Under the pieces are notes generated by a model. It was not told where the DNA came from, did no database searches, and was given only the letters and a program-made list of their open reading frames with translations. Source: Octopus vulgaris (taxonomy: Eukaryota). From it: a stretch of DNA of 64,000 bases. Shown piece after piece: positions 1 to 13,995 of this stretch. Position 1 is the first letter of the stretch. The number at the start of each line of letters is the position of its first letter. The stretch spans positions 23,684,001 to 23,748,000 of the forward strand of contig OX597824.1 in NCBI GenBank assembly GCA_951406725.2, in the 5' to 3' direction. The position numbers and the translations under genes were made by a program.

Positions 1-402
1 ATAATTCTTTCCTACTCAAAGCCGGAATTTTTTGGGTACGAGGCCAGTCGATTAGATCGACCCCAGTACGCAACTGGTACTTATTTAATCGACCCCGAAA
101 GGATGAAAGGCAAAGTCGACCATGGCGGAATTTGAACTCAGAACGTAAAGAACAAAATACCTATTTCTGTACTACCTACAAGGGGTTAAACACAGAACGG
201 ACAAACAAGGACAGACAAACGGATTATGTCATTATGTCGATTATATCGACCCCAGTGCGTAACTGGTACTTATTTAATCGACCCCGAAAGGATGAAATGC
301 AAAGTCGACTTCGGCGGAATTTGAACTCAGAACGTAACGGCAGACGAAATAGGGCTACGCACTTCGCCCGGCGTGCTAACGTTTCTGCCAGCTCGCCGCC
401 TT
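1..402 (-). mobile_element. SINE family A (tRNA-like head, Meta-domain-like body), two-unit copy
   Basis: Reverse complement reads GGCGGCGAGCTGGCAGAAACGTTAGCACGCC...GTTCTGAGTTCAAATTCCGCCG (A/B-box-like) then CATCCTTTCGGGGTCGATTAAATAAGTACCAG. The same sequence recurs more than 10 times in the window. Confidence 0.85.
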
Positions 403-636
403 TGTAAATGCAATAATTATAACGATAAAGAATATAGAGACTGATATACCCTCAAGATTTATTTCCTTCTATTTTACAATGTCAGTGAATTCAGTTTGCT
501 TCAAGCGAAGCTTCTCGAAGGACCCTGAACGAAGGTGTACAGAAAATTATGTCCGGTTGCACATGCAACTGCTGTACTCTGTGCAGCGGTAACACGTGTA
601 GGTCGTTGCAACCATAAAAATATGCTGTTTGACATA

Positions 637-938
637 TCTTTATATATAAAAGTGAAGTTGTGTGAGTGTCTGTCTCCTACGATTTAGATTCCTAACTACT
701 CCCACATTTTGCGGTGCAGTTTAACCAAAACCGGGTATCTTATAGTCGTGATTCATATCGAGCCCTTCTGGGTATTAGCGCGCGTCGACAATGAGTCTAC
801 GATTTTAAAAAAATTTACCATCATTTTTTCCCATTTTTAATGCATTTTTTCGCTATTATATAAGGGAAGTAACTCACTAAAAATGCTATATAGTTATTTC
901 CCTTACAAAACCCGAGCAACGCCGGGCGATACTGCTAG
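637..938 (+). mobile_element. Non-autonomous Helitron
   Basis: Starts A|TC, ends CTAG|T, and has a subterminal hairpin CCCGAGCAACGCCGGG. Ends resemble 54568-54957. Confidence 0.75.
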
Positions 939-982
939 TTGTAAAATAAAAGGAAATAAATTTTGAGGATGTACCAGTCTCT

Positions 983-1023
<41 letters not shown>

Positions 1024-1065
1024 GTAATTACTGCCAATAAGGCGGCGAGCTGGCATATATATATG

Positions 1066-1209
1066 TACGTGGTTGAGCGGTAAGAAGTTTGCATTCTAAT
1101 GACAAGATTCCAGGTTCAGTCCCGCTGCGTGACATCTTGAGCAGGTGTCTTCCAGCCGACCAAAGCTTTGTGAGTAGATTACATAGACGGAAACAGGAAG
1201 AATCCCAAC

Positions 1210-1270
<61 letters not shown>

Positions 1271-1470
1271 GCTTGTCTTCCATCACGATCGACAACCGGT
1301 GTTCTTGTGTTTATGTCAGCGTAACCTAACGGTCGGCAAAAGACACCAATAAAAGCAAGTAGTGGGCTTAGCAAAATAATCAAATACTCGGGACGATTCG
1401 TTCGATTAGAAATTCTTCAAGGCGGTGCCCCAGCATGGTCACAGTGTAATCACTGAAACAAGTAAAAGAC
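1066..1470 (+). mobile_element. SINE family B (tRNA head, CORE-like CCTTGGGCAAGTGTC, internal microsatellite), diverged copy
   Basis: Colinear with 4521-4930 and 26109-26512; internal (TG)n; tail GGCGGTGCCCCAGCATGG...CTGAAACAAGTAAAAGA. Confidence 0.75.
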
Positions 1471-1576
1471 ATAAGGCATACATACATCAATTGAGACTTG
1501 CATAGACAGAATTAGCGAAAGCTAAAGCAGTGATACGCTACAATATAGCAGCAGGGAGGGAAATGAAACGATTAAG

Positions 1577-3300
<1,724 letters not shown>

Positions 3301-3645
3301 TGTACGTGTTAGTCTTTCTGTGTCTGTGTAAACATTGTTTACGTCTGTTTTTTGACGAATCTCTATGACAAGTGAATATTAACAGTGTTGTATATTTGAC
3401 ATATTTTAGGTCGATGACATCTCAGACGATGTTTTCTACCTCTGTGCATATGTGTGTGACTGAGTGTGCGTATGGAAGCGCATGTGTACGTGCACACGTG
3501 TGCTTTTTTTATAATCTACACGTAATTACTCCATTTTTTTCCCAAGACAGTTTCTCTCAAAATAAATAGCAATATAAGTTGAGCATGACATCGTTCGCTT
3601 TGCAACCACGTGGGTTCGGATCCAACCTCACAGCATGGTACATTG

Positions 3646-4016
3646 TACTTGTACGTGTAGCGATATTCACCTTGGGCGGGTTGAGTCGGCTTCTACCATA
3701 GAAGAAGTTTCGTGGGAATATGTGGATTTCACAAGCGGTCCCCAACAATCCCGCATGTAGAGACATCCTGTTTGCCGCAGATTGTCCGCAGACGCTGGGA
3801 CAGAACGACCGAGGAGCCGCCGGTTGCCGAAACAGACACTCCGAGGATTTTCACCAGTGCCCCGTCTGCCGGGCTGTGGCCCTAATACCACTCGGTGTCA
3901 GACCAATCCGCCTTGGGTGGCCCTACCAGGAACCGAATTTCCCGACGGCATAGCTCTGACAATACCCGTTGCCAGCGTACCAACCACGGTGAGGAGGGGA
4001 TGGACTTTGGGGACGC
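3646..4016 (-). mobile_element. GC-rich non-autonomous retroelement, RTE-like
   Basis: 12-bp TSD CATGGTACATTG at 3634-3645 and 4017-4028. Minus strand has GAGCTATGCCG...TGGTAGGGCCACCCA, resembling RTE 5' UTRs as recalled, and ends in CAAGTA. Confidence 0.6.
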
Positions 4017-4520
4017 CATGGTACATTGGGCCGTACATACTGTTCCACGAGGCAGATCAATAACATTGAGAGTGGATTTGATAGACAATATCTGCGTGGA
4101 AGCTCATTGTATCTACATATATATGTATCTCTCCTTCCCCACCACACACACACTTCACTCGACGACCAGTCATGGTTTGTTTGCGTTCCCGTAACTTATT
4201 GCTTTGGTAAATGAGGCCGACATAAGCACCTAGACCTAAGAAAATAAGCACGTGGGTCACATTTTTCGAGTTCAAATCTAGGAGAGGCCAACTTTGCTTT
4301 TCATCCGTTCAAGGTGATAAAAATAAAGTTTCAGTCAAATCCTGGAATCCATGCAACTCACTTGTCTCCTCTCTTCAAAAATTGCGGAACTTAAACCCTG
4401 AAACGGATTAGCGACCTGTTCACCAAATGTGATTTCAGCCATGTGCCATGAAAGCTGATTAAACAGCCTTATGATTAATAGGCCTCATAAAAAAAGAAAA
4501 TTTTAATAAAAAGATAATAT

Positions 4521-4930
4521 AGGCGCAGGAGTGGCTGTGCGGTAAGTAGGTTGCTTACCAACCACATGGTTCCGGGTTCAGTCCCACTGTGTGGCACCTT
4601 GGGCAAGTGTTTTCTACTATGGCCTCGGGTCGACCAAAGCCTTGTGAGTTGATTAGATAGACGGAAACTAACAGAAGCCCGTCGTATATATGTGTATATG
4701 TGTATGTGTGTATATATGTTTGTGTGTCTGTGGTTGTCCCTCCAACATCGCTTGACAACCGATGGTGGTGTGTTTACGTCCCCGTAACCTAGCGGCTCGG
4801 CAAAAAAGAGACCGATAGACTAAGTACTAGGCTTACAAAGAATTAGCTCTGGGGTCGATTTGCTCTCGACTAAAGACGGTGCTCCAGCATGGCCACAGTC
4901 AAATGACTGAAACAAGTAAAAGAATAAAAA
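4521..4930 (+). mobile_element. SINE family B, full length
   Basis: AGGCGCAGGAGTGGCTGTGCGGTAAG...GGTTCAGTCCC...CCTTGGGCAAGTG...CAAATGACTGAAACAAGTAAAAGA. Confidence 0.85.
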
Positions 4931-5278
4931 AGAAAAAATGAAAGAACCTTCAGGCGGTTGGCACCCGAATTGCAATAAATAAGGCCAAACGTAAATTTCA
5001 GGCTAAACTGAATCGGGTCAACTGGGCTTCACCAATGAGGATGGGTGGAACACCCAGCAGACGTTCGTTAGAATAACAAAATAATCGATATTGTAGTAGG
5101 CGCGTGAAAGTAATGTTCCGAGGAAAGAAACATGAGTTCAAATATGTTTACGACGCATTCGACATGTGCAAAGGTTGTATTCACAGGTGTTTGTTTGCCG
5201 TTGAGAATTTCTTATTTTAGGCAATTTCTTACTTTAGGTGTTGAAAAACACTAGCAGTCATTTGAAGGTGAACTTTAA

Positions 5279-6200
5279 CATGACTTGCCCGACGACCTCA
5301 CGCAACACACCCTTCTATTTGCCGATGATGTCAAATTGGTCGCTCCCGGCGGTGATATAGATGATCTTCGTCGATGCCTCCACCAAGTTTGGAGATGGTC
5401 TAACGAATGAGACTGTGTCTGGACGTGTCAAAGTGCTGTCATCTGCCTGTTGGCTCTTCTACAACTCAACTTGATTTCAAGCCAGGTCGTCTGCTGCTGG
5501 AGAAGACCGACCAGGTAAAGGACATGGGTATCTTGGTGGATTCTTCCTTTTCGCCTTCGGCCCAATGCGTCCATGCTGCCAACAAAGCACGCTGTGTTCT
5601 GTTTTTGATTCGACGGTCATTCGGAATGCTCACAGCAGCCATATTCCTACCGCTCTATGTCACGCTGGTGAAACCCATATTGGAGTACGGGATTCAAGCC
5701 TCTTCTTATCTCCTCAAAGACATACATCATCTCGAAAGAGTCCAGAAGCTGGCTACCCGCATGGTTCTTGGTCTCAAGCATTTGTCTTATGAAGAAAGGC
5801 TGAAGACGCTCGACCTTTATTCTCTCGAAAAACGACGATGCCGTGGTGATCTCATTCTCGCTCACAACATCATAAGCGGAAAGTGTAAACTCTCGAAAGA
5901 GCTGTTCTTCACTCCTGCTCCAGAGCGTCGGCTGCGGGGTCACTCCGAAAAGTTCTATCTACGACGATTTCATCTCAATCGAAGGAGAGGGGCTTTCTCC
6001 GTCCGGGTTGCGGATCCGTGGAATAAGCTGCCGGACGAGATAGTGAAGATGCCGACGACCGCTCGGTTCAAAGTCTCTCTTGACCAGAAATGGCCTGAAC
6101 ACTTTGTATGACCACCCTCCCTGTACATAACTCCATGTCCCCCTACATGGCCTTGCTTTTGCTTTTTGAGCCAAAAATAAAAATTAAATTAAAATAAATA
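5279..6200 (+). pseudogene. 5'-truncated CR1/L2-group LINE, RT C-terminus and 3' tail
   Basis: LFADDVKL motif near 5320. ORF 5407-6111 has KDMGILVD, LYVTLVKPILEYG, LERVQKLATRM, LSYEERLKTL and WNKLP. A-rich tail. Confidence 0.9.
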
Positions 6201-6625
6201 AAGAATAATTGATTAATGAATTTTCTAGCTTCTCAGCTATCATCAACAATGTTGTACCGCAAGGAGAGACAACCCTGAAATGACTTTAGTACCCTTTGTT
6301 TCCCTTAGAGAAAATTAGTATCGAAACACGAACTTATTACGTGCGACGCCGGTTTAGGCTAGAACAAATTACAGAAGCTGACACCTGAATGCAGTTTTGC
6401 AACTAAACAAACATTTTTAGATCACTTAAACAAATATGTTTGGGACATATTTGACCTGTGCAAAGGCCATATTAACTGCTCTTAGCCATTGAGAACAGTT
6501 CCTGCTTTCAGCTATAGGTGATGAAAATCACCATCAGTCATTTTTCAACACGTTTCACTGAGGTTGCAACTCTCTCTCTCTCTCTCTCTCTCTCCCTTTA
6601 TTTCTTCGTCGCTTACTCTGTAGAC

Positions 6626-6691
<66 letters not shown>

Positions 6692-6716
6692 GTCTATCTA
6701 TCTTTCTTTCTTTCTT

Positions 6717-6757
<41 letters not shown>
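6626..6757. repeat. (TATC)n microsatellite, left flank of the Tx1-like LINE
   Basis: Directly visible; continues at 7834-8103. Confidence 0.9.
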
Positions 6758-7833
6758 GTTGCTCTCAAGCAACTCTGCCGTCCTGGGTCGACCTTAAGTG
6801 ACTTCAACACAACCAAAGCATTCTATAGGGGTTTAGTGGAGGGGAGGTACGACGACGAGCTCGGGGCGAACCTGGACGTCGACGAGGAGTACCTGACCCG
6901 CCTGTTCAGGACGACTTTCGGGCCAGGGCCCATGGACAACTTCCAGAGATCCCTGGCCTGGCAGTGCTACCGAGAAGCGCTACCCGTTCGGGATAAGCTC
7001 TACAGACACGGCTCGAGAAACACGGGGCCGACCTGCCCGAGATGCGATCAGAGCGACGAAACCGTTCTGCACGCACTCGTTCAGTGTCCAACAATTTCCG
7101 ACCTGTGGGCTTGTGTCGAACAACTGCTGTCACGTGTGGGACGAGTCGGTTTATCAGCTGAGTCTATCGTCAATATTGTCACGCCTCCTTCCTTCAAACG
7201 GGAAGGAAGAGCTATTTTCATCATCCTTGTGGCTATGGCGAAAGAATGTATCTGGTGGACGCGCCTGAAAGGATTGGAGACAAACACTTTCCTCTCTGGT
7301 CAATCTCTCATCAACTTCTTCAAGTACCACTTGAAAAGGAAAGTGAGAGTAGAGAGGCAAGTTTTGTCTAGCGAATGTTTTAAAAAAAGATGGGTGAATG
7401 TAGCAAGAATGGCACGTATGAATGACGAAGCCACCTTGAGCATAGTCCTATGAACCCAGAAATCGAAAACAGAGAGTTGCTTATTTGCAAAAAAAAAAAA
7501 AAAAAAAGAAATATAAAATGTGACATCATTGACCAAGGTTACCGTGGTCTTTTCCGTAGGCTTTTCTTTGCACGGGTAAACCTCACCTGTCCTCCCCTTT
7601 ACACTTCATATTGACATTTCTGTGATAACGATCCCTATTGATCAATTTTTTTCCTCCCCCCTTTTTTTAACCCCCCTTTTTTTGTCCTCTTTCTCTCCTT
7701 TTACGATCCCTTTTGATCGAAACTCCCCTTTCCTTTTTTTTTTTTTTTTTTCTTTCTTAAACCTTCAAAAGAAAAGCTCTACCTTGTAATTTGTTCTATC
7801 TGTGTGCAGCCCTGTGTGGCTAATAAAGAAACA
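6758..7833 (+). pseudogene. 5'-truncated L1/Tx1-clade LINE, zf-RVT domain and 3' UTR
   Basis: AWQCYREALPVRDKL...CPRC...ETVLHALVQCP is a CCHC zf-RVT-type motif. Stop at 7453, pyrimidine-rich UTR, AATAAA just before (TATC)n resumes. Confidence 0.85.
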
Positions 7834-7879
7834 TATCTATCTATCTATCTATCTATCTGTCTGTCTATCTATCTATCCT

Positions 7880-7916
<37 letters not shown>

Positions 7917-8042
7917 ATATCTATCTATCTATCTATCTATCTGTCTATCTATCTATCCTTCTATCTATCTATCTATCTACCTATCTATCTATCTATCTAT
8001 CTGTCTATCCATCCATCCATCTATCCATCCATTCATCCATCC

Positions 8043-8100
<58 letters not shown>

Positions 8101-9098
8101 ATCTCTCTCTTCTCCTCTTCAGCCTACAACATATGTCATAATACTTCTTTCTCCGGATCGTCTTATGTCTTTGGTTCTGTCTCAATCCTACTCTGATGTC
8201 ACTAATCCCTAATCTTTTTGAAGTGGTACAAAATTCACCAGATAAAGATTTAGTAATCACAACCATTTGTCTATCACATTTCCTGACAAGTATGTCTGTC
8301 TATTATGTTCACCTGATTGGAAGTGATCAAGTGGTTGGTCAGTATTTCAAAGACTATTGCTGCAAATATTTTGGTCAATAGCATAACAGACTGCCAAGAG
8401 CCATGTTCGCTCTTCATTCTGTATACCAATAGCATCTGTTGACTGTCAGCTGCCGTTTTAGAAAAATAGGCAACACGTTTGAGAGTGAAATTATACTGGC
8501 GCGGAGAAAGAAGCAACGAAACAGTGATGGGGGAGATATTAAAAGACTTGCGCTGTATATACTTGTAGATGCATGAAATCAAGATCTTGTACGGTTGGCC
8601 AACAGCTTATAGCCACAGAAAGGGGTTTGATTCAATTGATTCCCGGTATTTAGGATCGGTACCCAGCAGAAGACACTGTTAGAGTGCCTTCTGTGGTGAC
8701 TTGATTCTCCGCATGGCTCAGTCGGGTGCCGTATGTTAAATTATACGTAAGCGATAAGATCGTTTTTTTTTTATATAAACAATGTTCGGGAACCCCCGAA
8801 CAAGTACTCCCACCTACCGGATGCAACTTAAAGTCATACCCAAGATAATAAACAATATAATCAACCAATCACTAACGTCTGCAGGAATATTGATATTCGT
8901 TGAAACCTGCAGAGTAGATCCCAGCAATGGCAAAACCCCGACGAAATGACTTGCTTTTCGAGAGCATCGAGTCACTCAGTGATTTAAAATGTACTCATCT
9001 CTATTACTTTCGCTGATAGTCTCATCTTGGAGATTGAGATCTACTTAAGTGCTACAACGGCGAAGAGTGAGGAAAGTACCTAGCTCAAGTTCAAAGTA

Positions 9099-9616
9099 CC
9101 GCAAATCCTCGAGTATAATCCGCATTATTTTTTTCCCAAAATTTAAAGGTCAAAATCCCTAGTGCGTACCATATACGAGGTTAAAAATGAAAAATATCTT
9201 TTAAGCAATATCCGAGTCTCTATTTGCTGTCCGGCAATGTTTATTCAGACGCATTTTGTGATGTCGGGCGCGAAAATACCTTGCCTGAAAGCAATGAAGT
9301 CATAAAAGAATCATCCATAACTTGCAGTAAGCAACATTTATTAAAATAAATGTATTCAGAACACAGAATAACATATAACAAAAACAATTTGCAAACATAT
9401 TTACATTCCCATATAACAGTTAAGAACATCACCATTATTGTATTACGCATGCGCGGAAGTGTTTGTTCGACTAGGTGCTGCTGGCTTAATTACGCACGGC
9501 TCAAGTTAGAGAGGTGGTGCGTATTATACACAAGGTTTAGGTTTTTCAGAGGTACAGCCCCCTAAAAATCCCCTGCGTATTATACTCAAGGGCGGAATAT
9601 ATTCGAGGATTTACGA
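9099..9616. mobile_element. Tc1/mariner-pogo-type MITE
   Basis: Imperfect TIRs CCGCAAATCCTCGAGTATAATCCGC / GCGGAATATATTCGAGGATTTACGA, with TA on both sides. Confidence 0.75.
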
Positions 9617-10265
9617 TACATGTCACTGCTAAGTTCATAATTCTTTGAAAGAGTCATATTGGAAACAACGGTTTCGCTGATGAATCTACGAAGGATTTTA
9701 ACAAGGCTTTCGAAACAAATTTGGCTGAGAGACAGGTAAAGTGGCCTGGCCTGGCCTGTACAGCATGATTTCGGTAGCGAATTAGTTTGGCAACAGTCCG
9801 CGGGTATGTTTTGTAACTCGATGTGATGCTGGATAAAAAGAAAGAGGAAAAAATAATGGCAAACCATTGTGATTTCCGTTTGACATGTACGCTTTCACTC
9901 TTAGTTCACGGTATTTTGGAAGATATGCCGCCACCTTTTACACGAAAAATTTATAGCGATCACAGAATATTTTTCTTACCTGAAACATAGATACAATTCT
10001 TCATACATGCATGCATGCACGCACACACGCATGCGCGCACATGCACACATGCATATACTCACACACACACATGGTCATATATATACAGAGTCAGCGGATA
10101 TATAGTTACGCAAGCATACAACCATACATGTGTGTAGGTGTATGTACATATGCGTGAGGGTATATATATATATATACACATATATATACATTATACGTAT
10201 ATACATATATACATACATATATATAATTATATATATATATATGTGTGTGTGTGTATATATATGTA

Positions 10266-10323
<58 letters not shown>

Positions 10324-11487
10324 CATATACATATATATATATGAGCCATCGTACATACACATGTCGTGTATATATGAGATGAGTGCGTGTGTATGCTTGA
10401 GTGCCTTGCGTTTGTGAATAAAACATCTCGGTAGGTTGCCTCTGTGTGTGGGTGTGTGTGTGTGTGTGTGTGCGTGTGTGCGCGGGCGGTGACTGAGTGA
10501 GCGAAGGCAGGTAAGATTAAGATAAGAACATTTGTAGATGTACGTAAGTCGTGCCAAGGAATAAGATAAAAGCGTAAAGGAAGCTTCGCCAAAAATTTCG
10601 ACAAGAAGAAGAAGAAGAAGAATAACAAAAGAACAAAACGCGCAACGCATCGGTGTGTTAGCATGCCAAAGGGGCAAGCTGTTTAAATAGCGATAAGTAT
10701 CAGTCAAATATACATTTATCTTAAACACGGCGAGTACAAGTTTCTAATGCAACACTTTCCTGGATCAATTACGCCATCAGTTGTTGATAAATTCTCGTGC
10801 AAATAACTTATGTGAACCCAGTATATTTCATTATATCTCTGTATTGTATATGTGCTTGGATCGTAGATCAGATCCCAGTGAGTTTGACTTAGCTTTTAGT
10901 CCCTTTCAGAAATCGTGTGAATAATTGTTATAGTGTCAATAAATTGGTAACGGTGTAAATAGACAAGCAATAAGACCAGAACAGTGTTCGTGGAAGACAT
11001 CACTAGCACACCACAACTGTTTCACGTGATCGGACTAATAAGCAGCCGAATCAGCAAGAAGCTGTCTCATGATTAAGTCTCCTGGGATCTTCTTGTACCA
11101 TATCAGAAACCCGCTTAGGCGCTAAACCCATTGCAGAATGTTGAGGCAGCTGAGCAATGTGAACCTTCGCTCTTGGCACATCTGACGTGTTCCAGATATT
11201 TACGCTGACTTCTCCAAATTCTTGAACTGTCTGAACTAAATATTCACATAAGTAACTTCGGATGCATCGCGGTTTTTCTTTTTTCTTCCATTCTATAATC
11301 GTTGCTGTAGTTAACTGCAAAAGGCCAACGCAGTTTGTCTTTATGTGCGACAATAAATACTTTTGTTAAATATTCGCGGGTGTCATCTAATGACCATAAC
11401 CAGCCAAGAATATAACGGTTGGGATAATTGCCTCTTTTTGAAAGGATGACAAAGAAAGAAAACGGTTTAATGGCGTGAGTTTTTTTT

Positions 11488-11698
11488 ATCTTTTACTTGT
11501 TTCAGTCATTTGACTGCAGCCATGCTGCAGCACCGCCTTTAGTTAAACAAATCGTCCCCAGAATTTATTCTTTGTAAGCCTAGTACTTATTCTATTGGTT
11601 TTTTTGCCGAACCGCTAGGTCAGAGGTATGCAAACACACCAACATCAGTTGTCAAGCGATAGTGGAGGGACAAACTGACACACAAATACATACATACA

Positions 11699-11739
<41 letters not shown>

Positions 11740-11962
11740 TTTATTTAAAAGCAGCAAAAATATAACAAAAGCTGTTACTCAGAGTTTCCCGTTCCCGTTC
11801 CAAACTGTCCGACGAACGGGAACGTGAAACTCTGAGTAACAGCTTTTGTTATATTTCTGCTGCTTTTAAATAAAGCATATTACTCTACCTCTGGTATTTG
11901 AGTACTCATTTTTCCACCTTGTTTCACATTTATGTGCTTACTCCGGTGTAACCCGCTCCTTT

Positions 11963-12003
<41 letters not shown>

Positions 12004-12118
12004 ATTTCAACAATTGAGGGTAAAATTAATTAATTATTAATCAATTTCACCAAGTGTTCAGTATGCAAAGGGACCATTTAAGGCGAATTCAAATTATTAC
12101 ATTATATAAAAGGGCTTA

Positions 12119-12164
<46 letters not shown>

Positions 12165-12360
12165 AATTATTACATTATATAAAAGGGCTTAGTAAAATAA
12201 ATTACTTTGCCGCATACTGAACTCATTAGAAATAGCAGCCAAAAAACTTTTTTAAAACTATTTCTAATACTTAAAGAAAATCTCTCTCATATAGTGTTTG
12301 CTCAACTCAACTCACGAAAGTAATTTATTTTACTAAGCCCTTTTATATAATGTAATAATT

Positions 12361-12406
<46 letters not shown>

Positions 12407-12565
12407 TACATACTCCGGGATTCTTTCTGTTTCCGTCTATCAAATCCACTCACAAGGCTTTGGTCGCCCCGAGGTTATAGTTGAGGACATTTACCCAAGA
12501 TGCCACGCAGTGGGACTGAGCCAGGAACCATGTGGTCGAGAAGCAAGCTTCTTACCACACAGCTG
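11488..12565 (-). mobile_element. SINE family B split by nested insertions in its internal microsatellite
   Basis: Tail at about 11488-11690 and head at about 12415-12565 are colinear with family B; about 700 bp of (TA)n plus foreign elements lie between. Confidence 0.75.
11805..11842 (+). ncRNA. Minimal type-I hammerhead-like motif (U4C core)
   Basis: ctgt-CCGACGA-acg GGAA cgt-GAAA-ctc t gag-TA-acag: stems I, II and III all pair. Confidence 0.6.
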
Positions 12566-12889
12566 CTCCGAAAAATTTGTTTGCCACGATGAATGTAGAA
12601 TATATCATTTCGGATAATGGCCTTTGTCATAGGATGAGAAGAAAGAAAGAAAGAAAGAATGGAAGAAACCAGAGGTGAATTTGCTTCGTGGTACCAGTAA
12701 TACTATATGGTTTCTTTAATCTTCTTTAGTTGCTACTTATAAACGTGTTGATATATGGCAGATGATGCACTGTATCTGAAAATAAGGTGGGATGTTCGCA
12801 AATGGAAAGTCTTTCATTATAGGTATGTTCTTTTCGGGTTGGCCTGGGGTTAAACAGCAGTAACAACATTTCAAATGCTAGTATCAGTC

Positions 12890-13052
12890 GTACAAGTGGT
12901 GATGGCGGTGGCGGGAATGGTTGTTGCTGTTGTTGTTGTGGTGCTTGTGGTGTGGGTGGAGGGAATGGTTGTAGTGGAGGTGACAGTGCGAGATGATATC
13001 GGTGGTGGTGATGGGGATGGGGAAAATGGTAGTGATGATGGCAGAGGCGATG

Positions 13053-13089
<37 letters not shown>

Positions 13090-13162
13090 CAGTAGTAGTA
13101 GTAGCAGCATTAATAGTAGTAGCAGCAGCAACAGCAGCAACAGGAACAGTAATAGCAGCAGC

Positions 13163-13224
<62 letters not shown>

Positions 13225-13265
13225 CTGCAGCAACAGTAGAAGTAGTGGTGGTGGTGGTGGTGGTG

Positions 13266-13329
<64 letters not shown>

Positions 13330-13901
13330 TACAACTGTGGGTGGTCGTCGATGATCCTTTAGTTATTACTTGTCAGTGTTGTTAGTGATGATGATGATGA
13401 TGTTGCTGCACTTTTGCTATATTTGTTATTGACCATGTTGTTCTTGTTGAAGCTGCTGTTAGTGGAGTTGGTGATGGTGACGTGGGTGGTGGTGGTGGTG
13501 GTGGTGGTGGTGGTGATTGTGGTAGTGGTGCTGATGATGATGGTGTTGGACGTGTCAATGGTGACTTTGTTGGCGGTGATGGTCGTAGTGGTGGTGGTGG
13601 TGGTAGTCACGGTTGTGTGGGTGATGGTAACAGTAGTAATGGTAGTATGGTCGTGGCGGTTGTGGTGATGGTATTAGTGGTGGTGAAGGTGGTGAAGGCA
13701 GTATTGGTTGTAGCGTTTGTGGTGTTATTGGCGGTGGTAGTGTTGGTTATAGTACTGGTGCTGTTATTCTTGTTGTTGTTGTTGGTGGTGGTGTTAGTAA
13801 TGGTGATGGTAGTGTTGCTTCTAGTCTCTGTGGTCTTATTGGCAGTTTTAGTGTTAGCAGCAGTGTTGTTGTTGCTATTGCTGTTGTTGTTGTTGTTGCT
13901 G

Positions 13902-13933
<32 letters not shown>

Positions 13934-13995
13934 GGTGGTGGTTGTGGTGGTGGTGGTGGTGGTGAGATCGGGGGTGATGATGATGTTGATAATGA
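12890..13995. repeat. Compound trinucleotide field (GTA/GGT/GTT/GAT)n
   Basis: Directly visible; source of the poly-S/V/L ORFs. Confidence 0.9.

Noticed and set aside
6518-7453. 311-aa ORF as a host gene
   Set aside because: Chance in-frame fusion of microsatellite sequence to a LINE ORF2 C-terminus.
11051-11353. 100-aa minus-strand ORF in unique sequence
   Set aside because: No recognisable domain or convincing splice sites; cannot be supported without a search.
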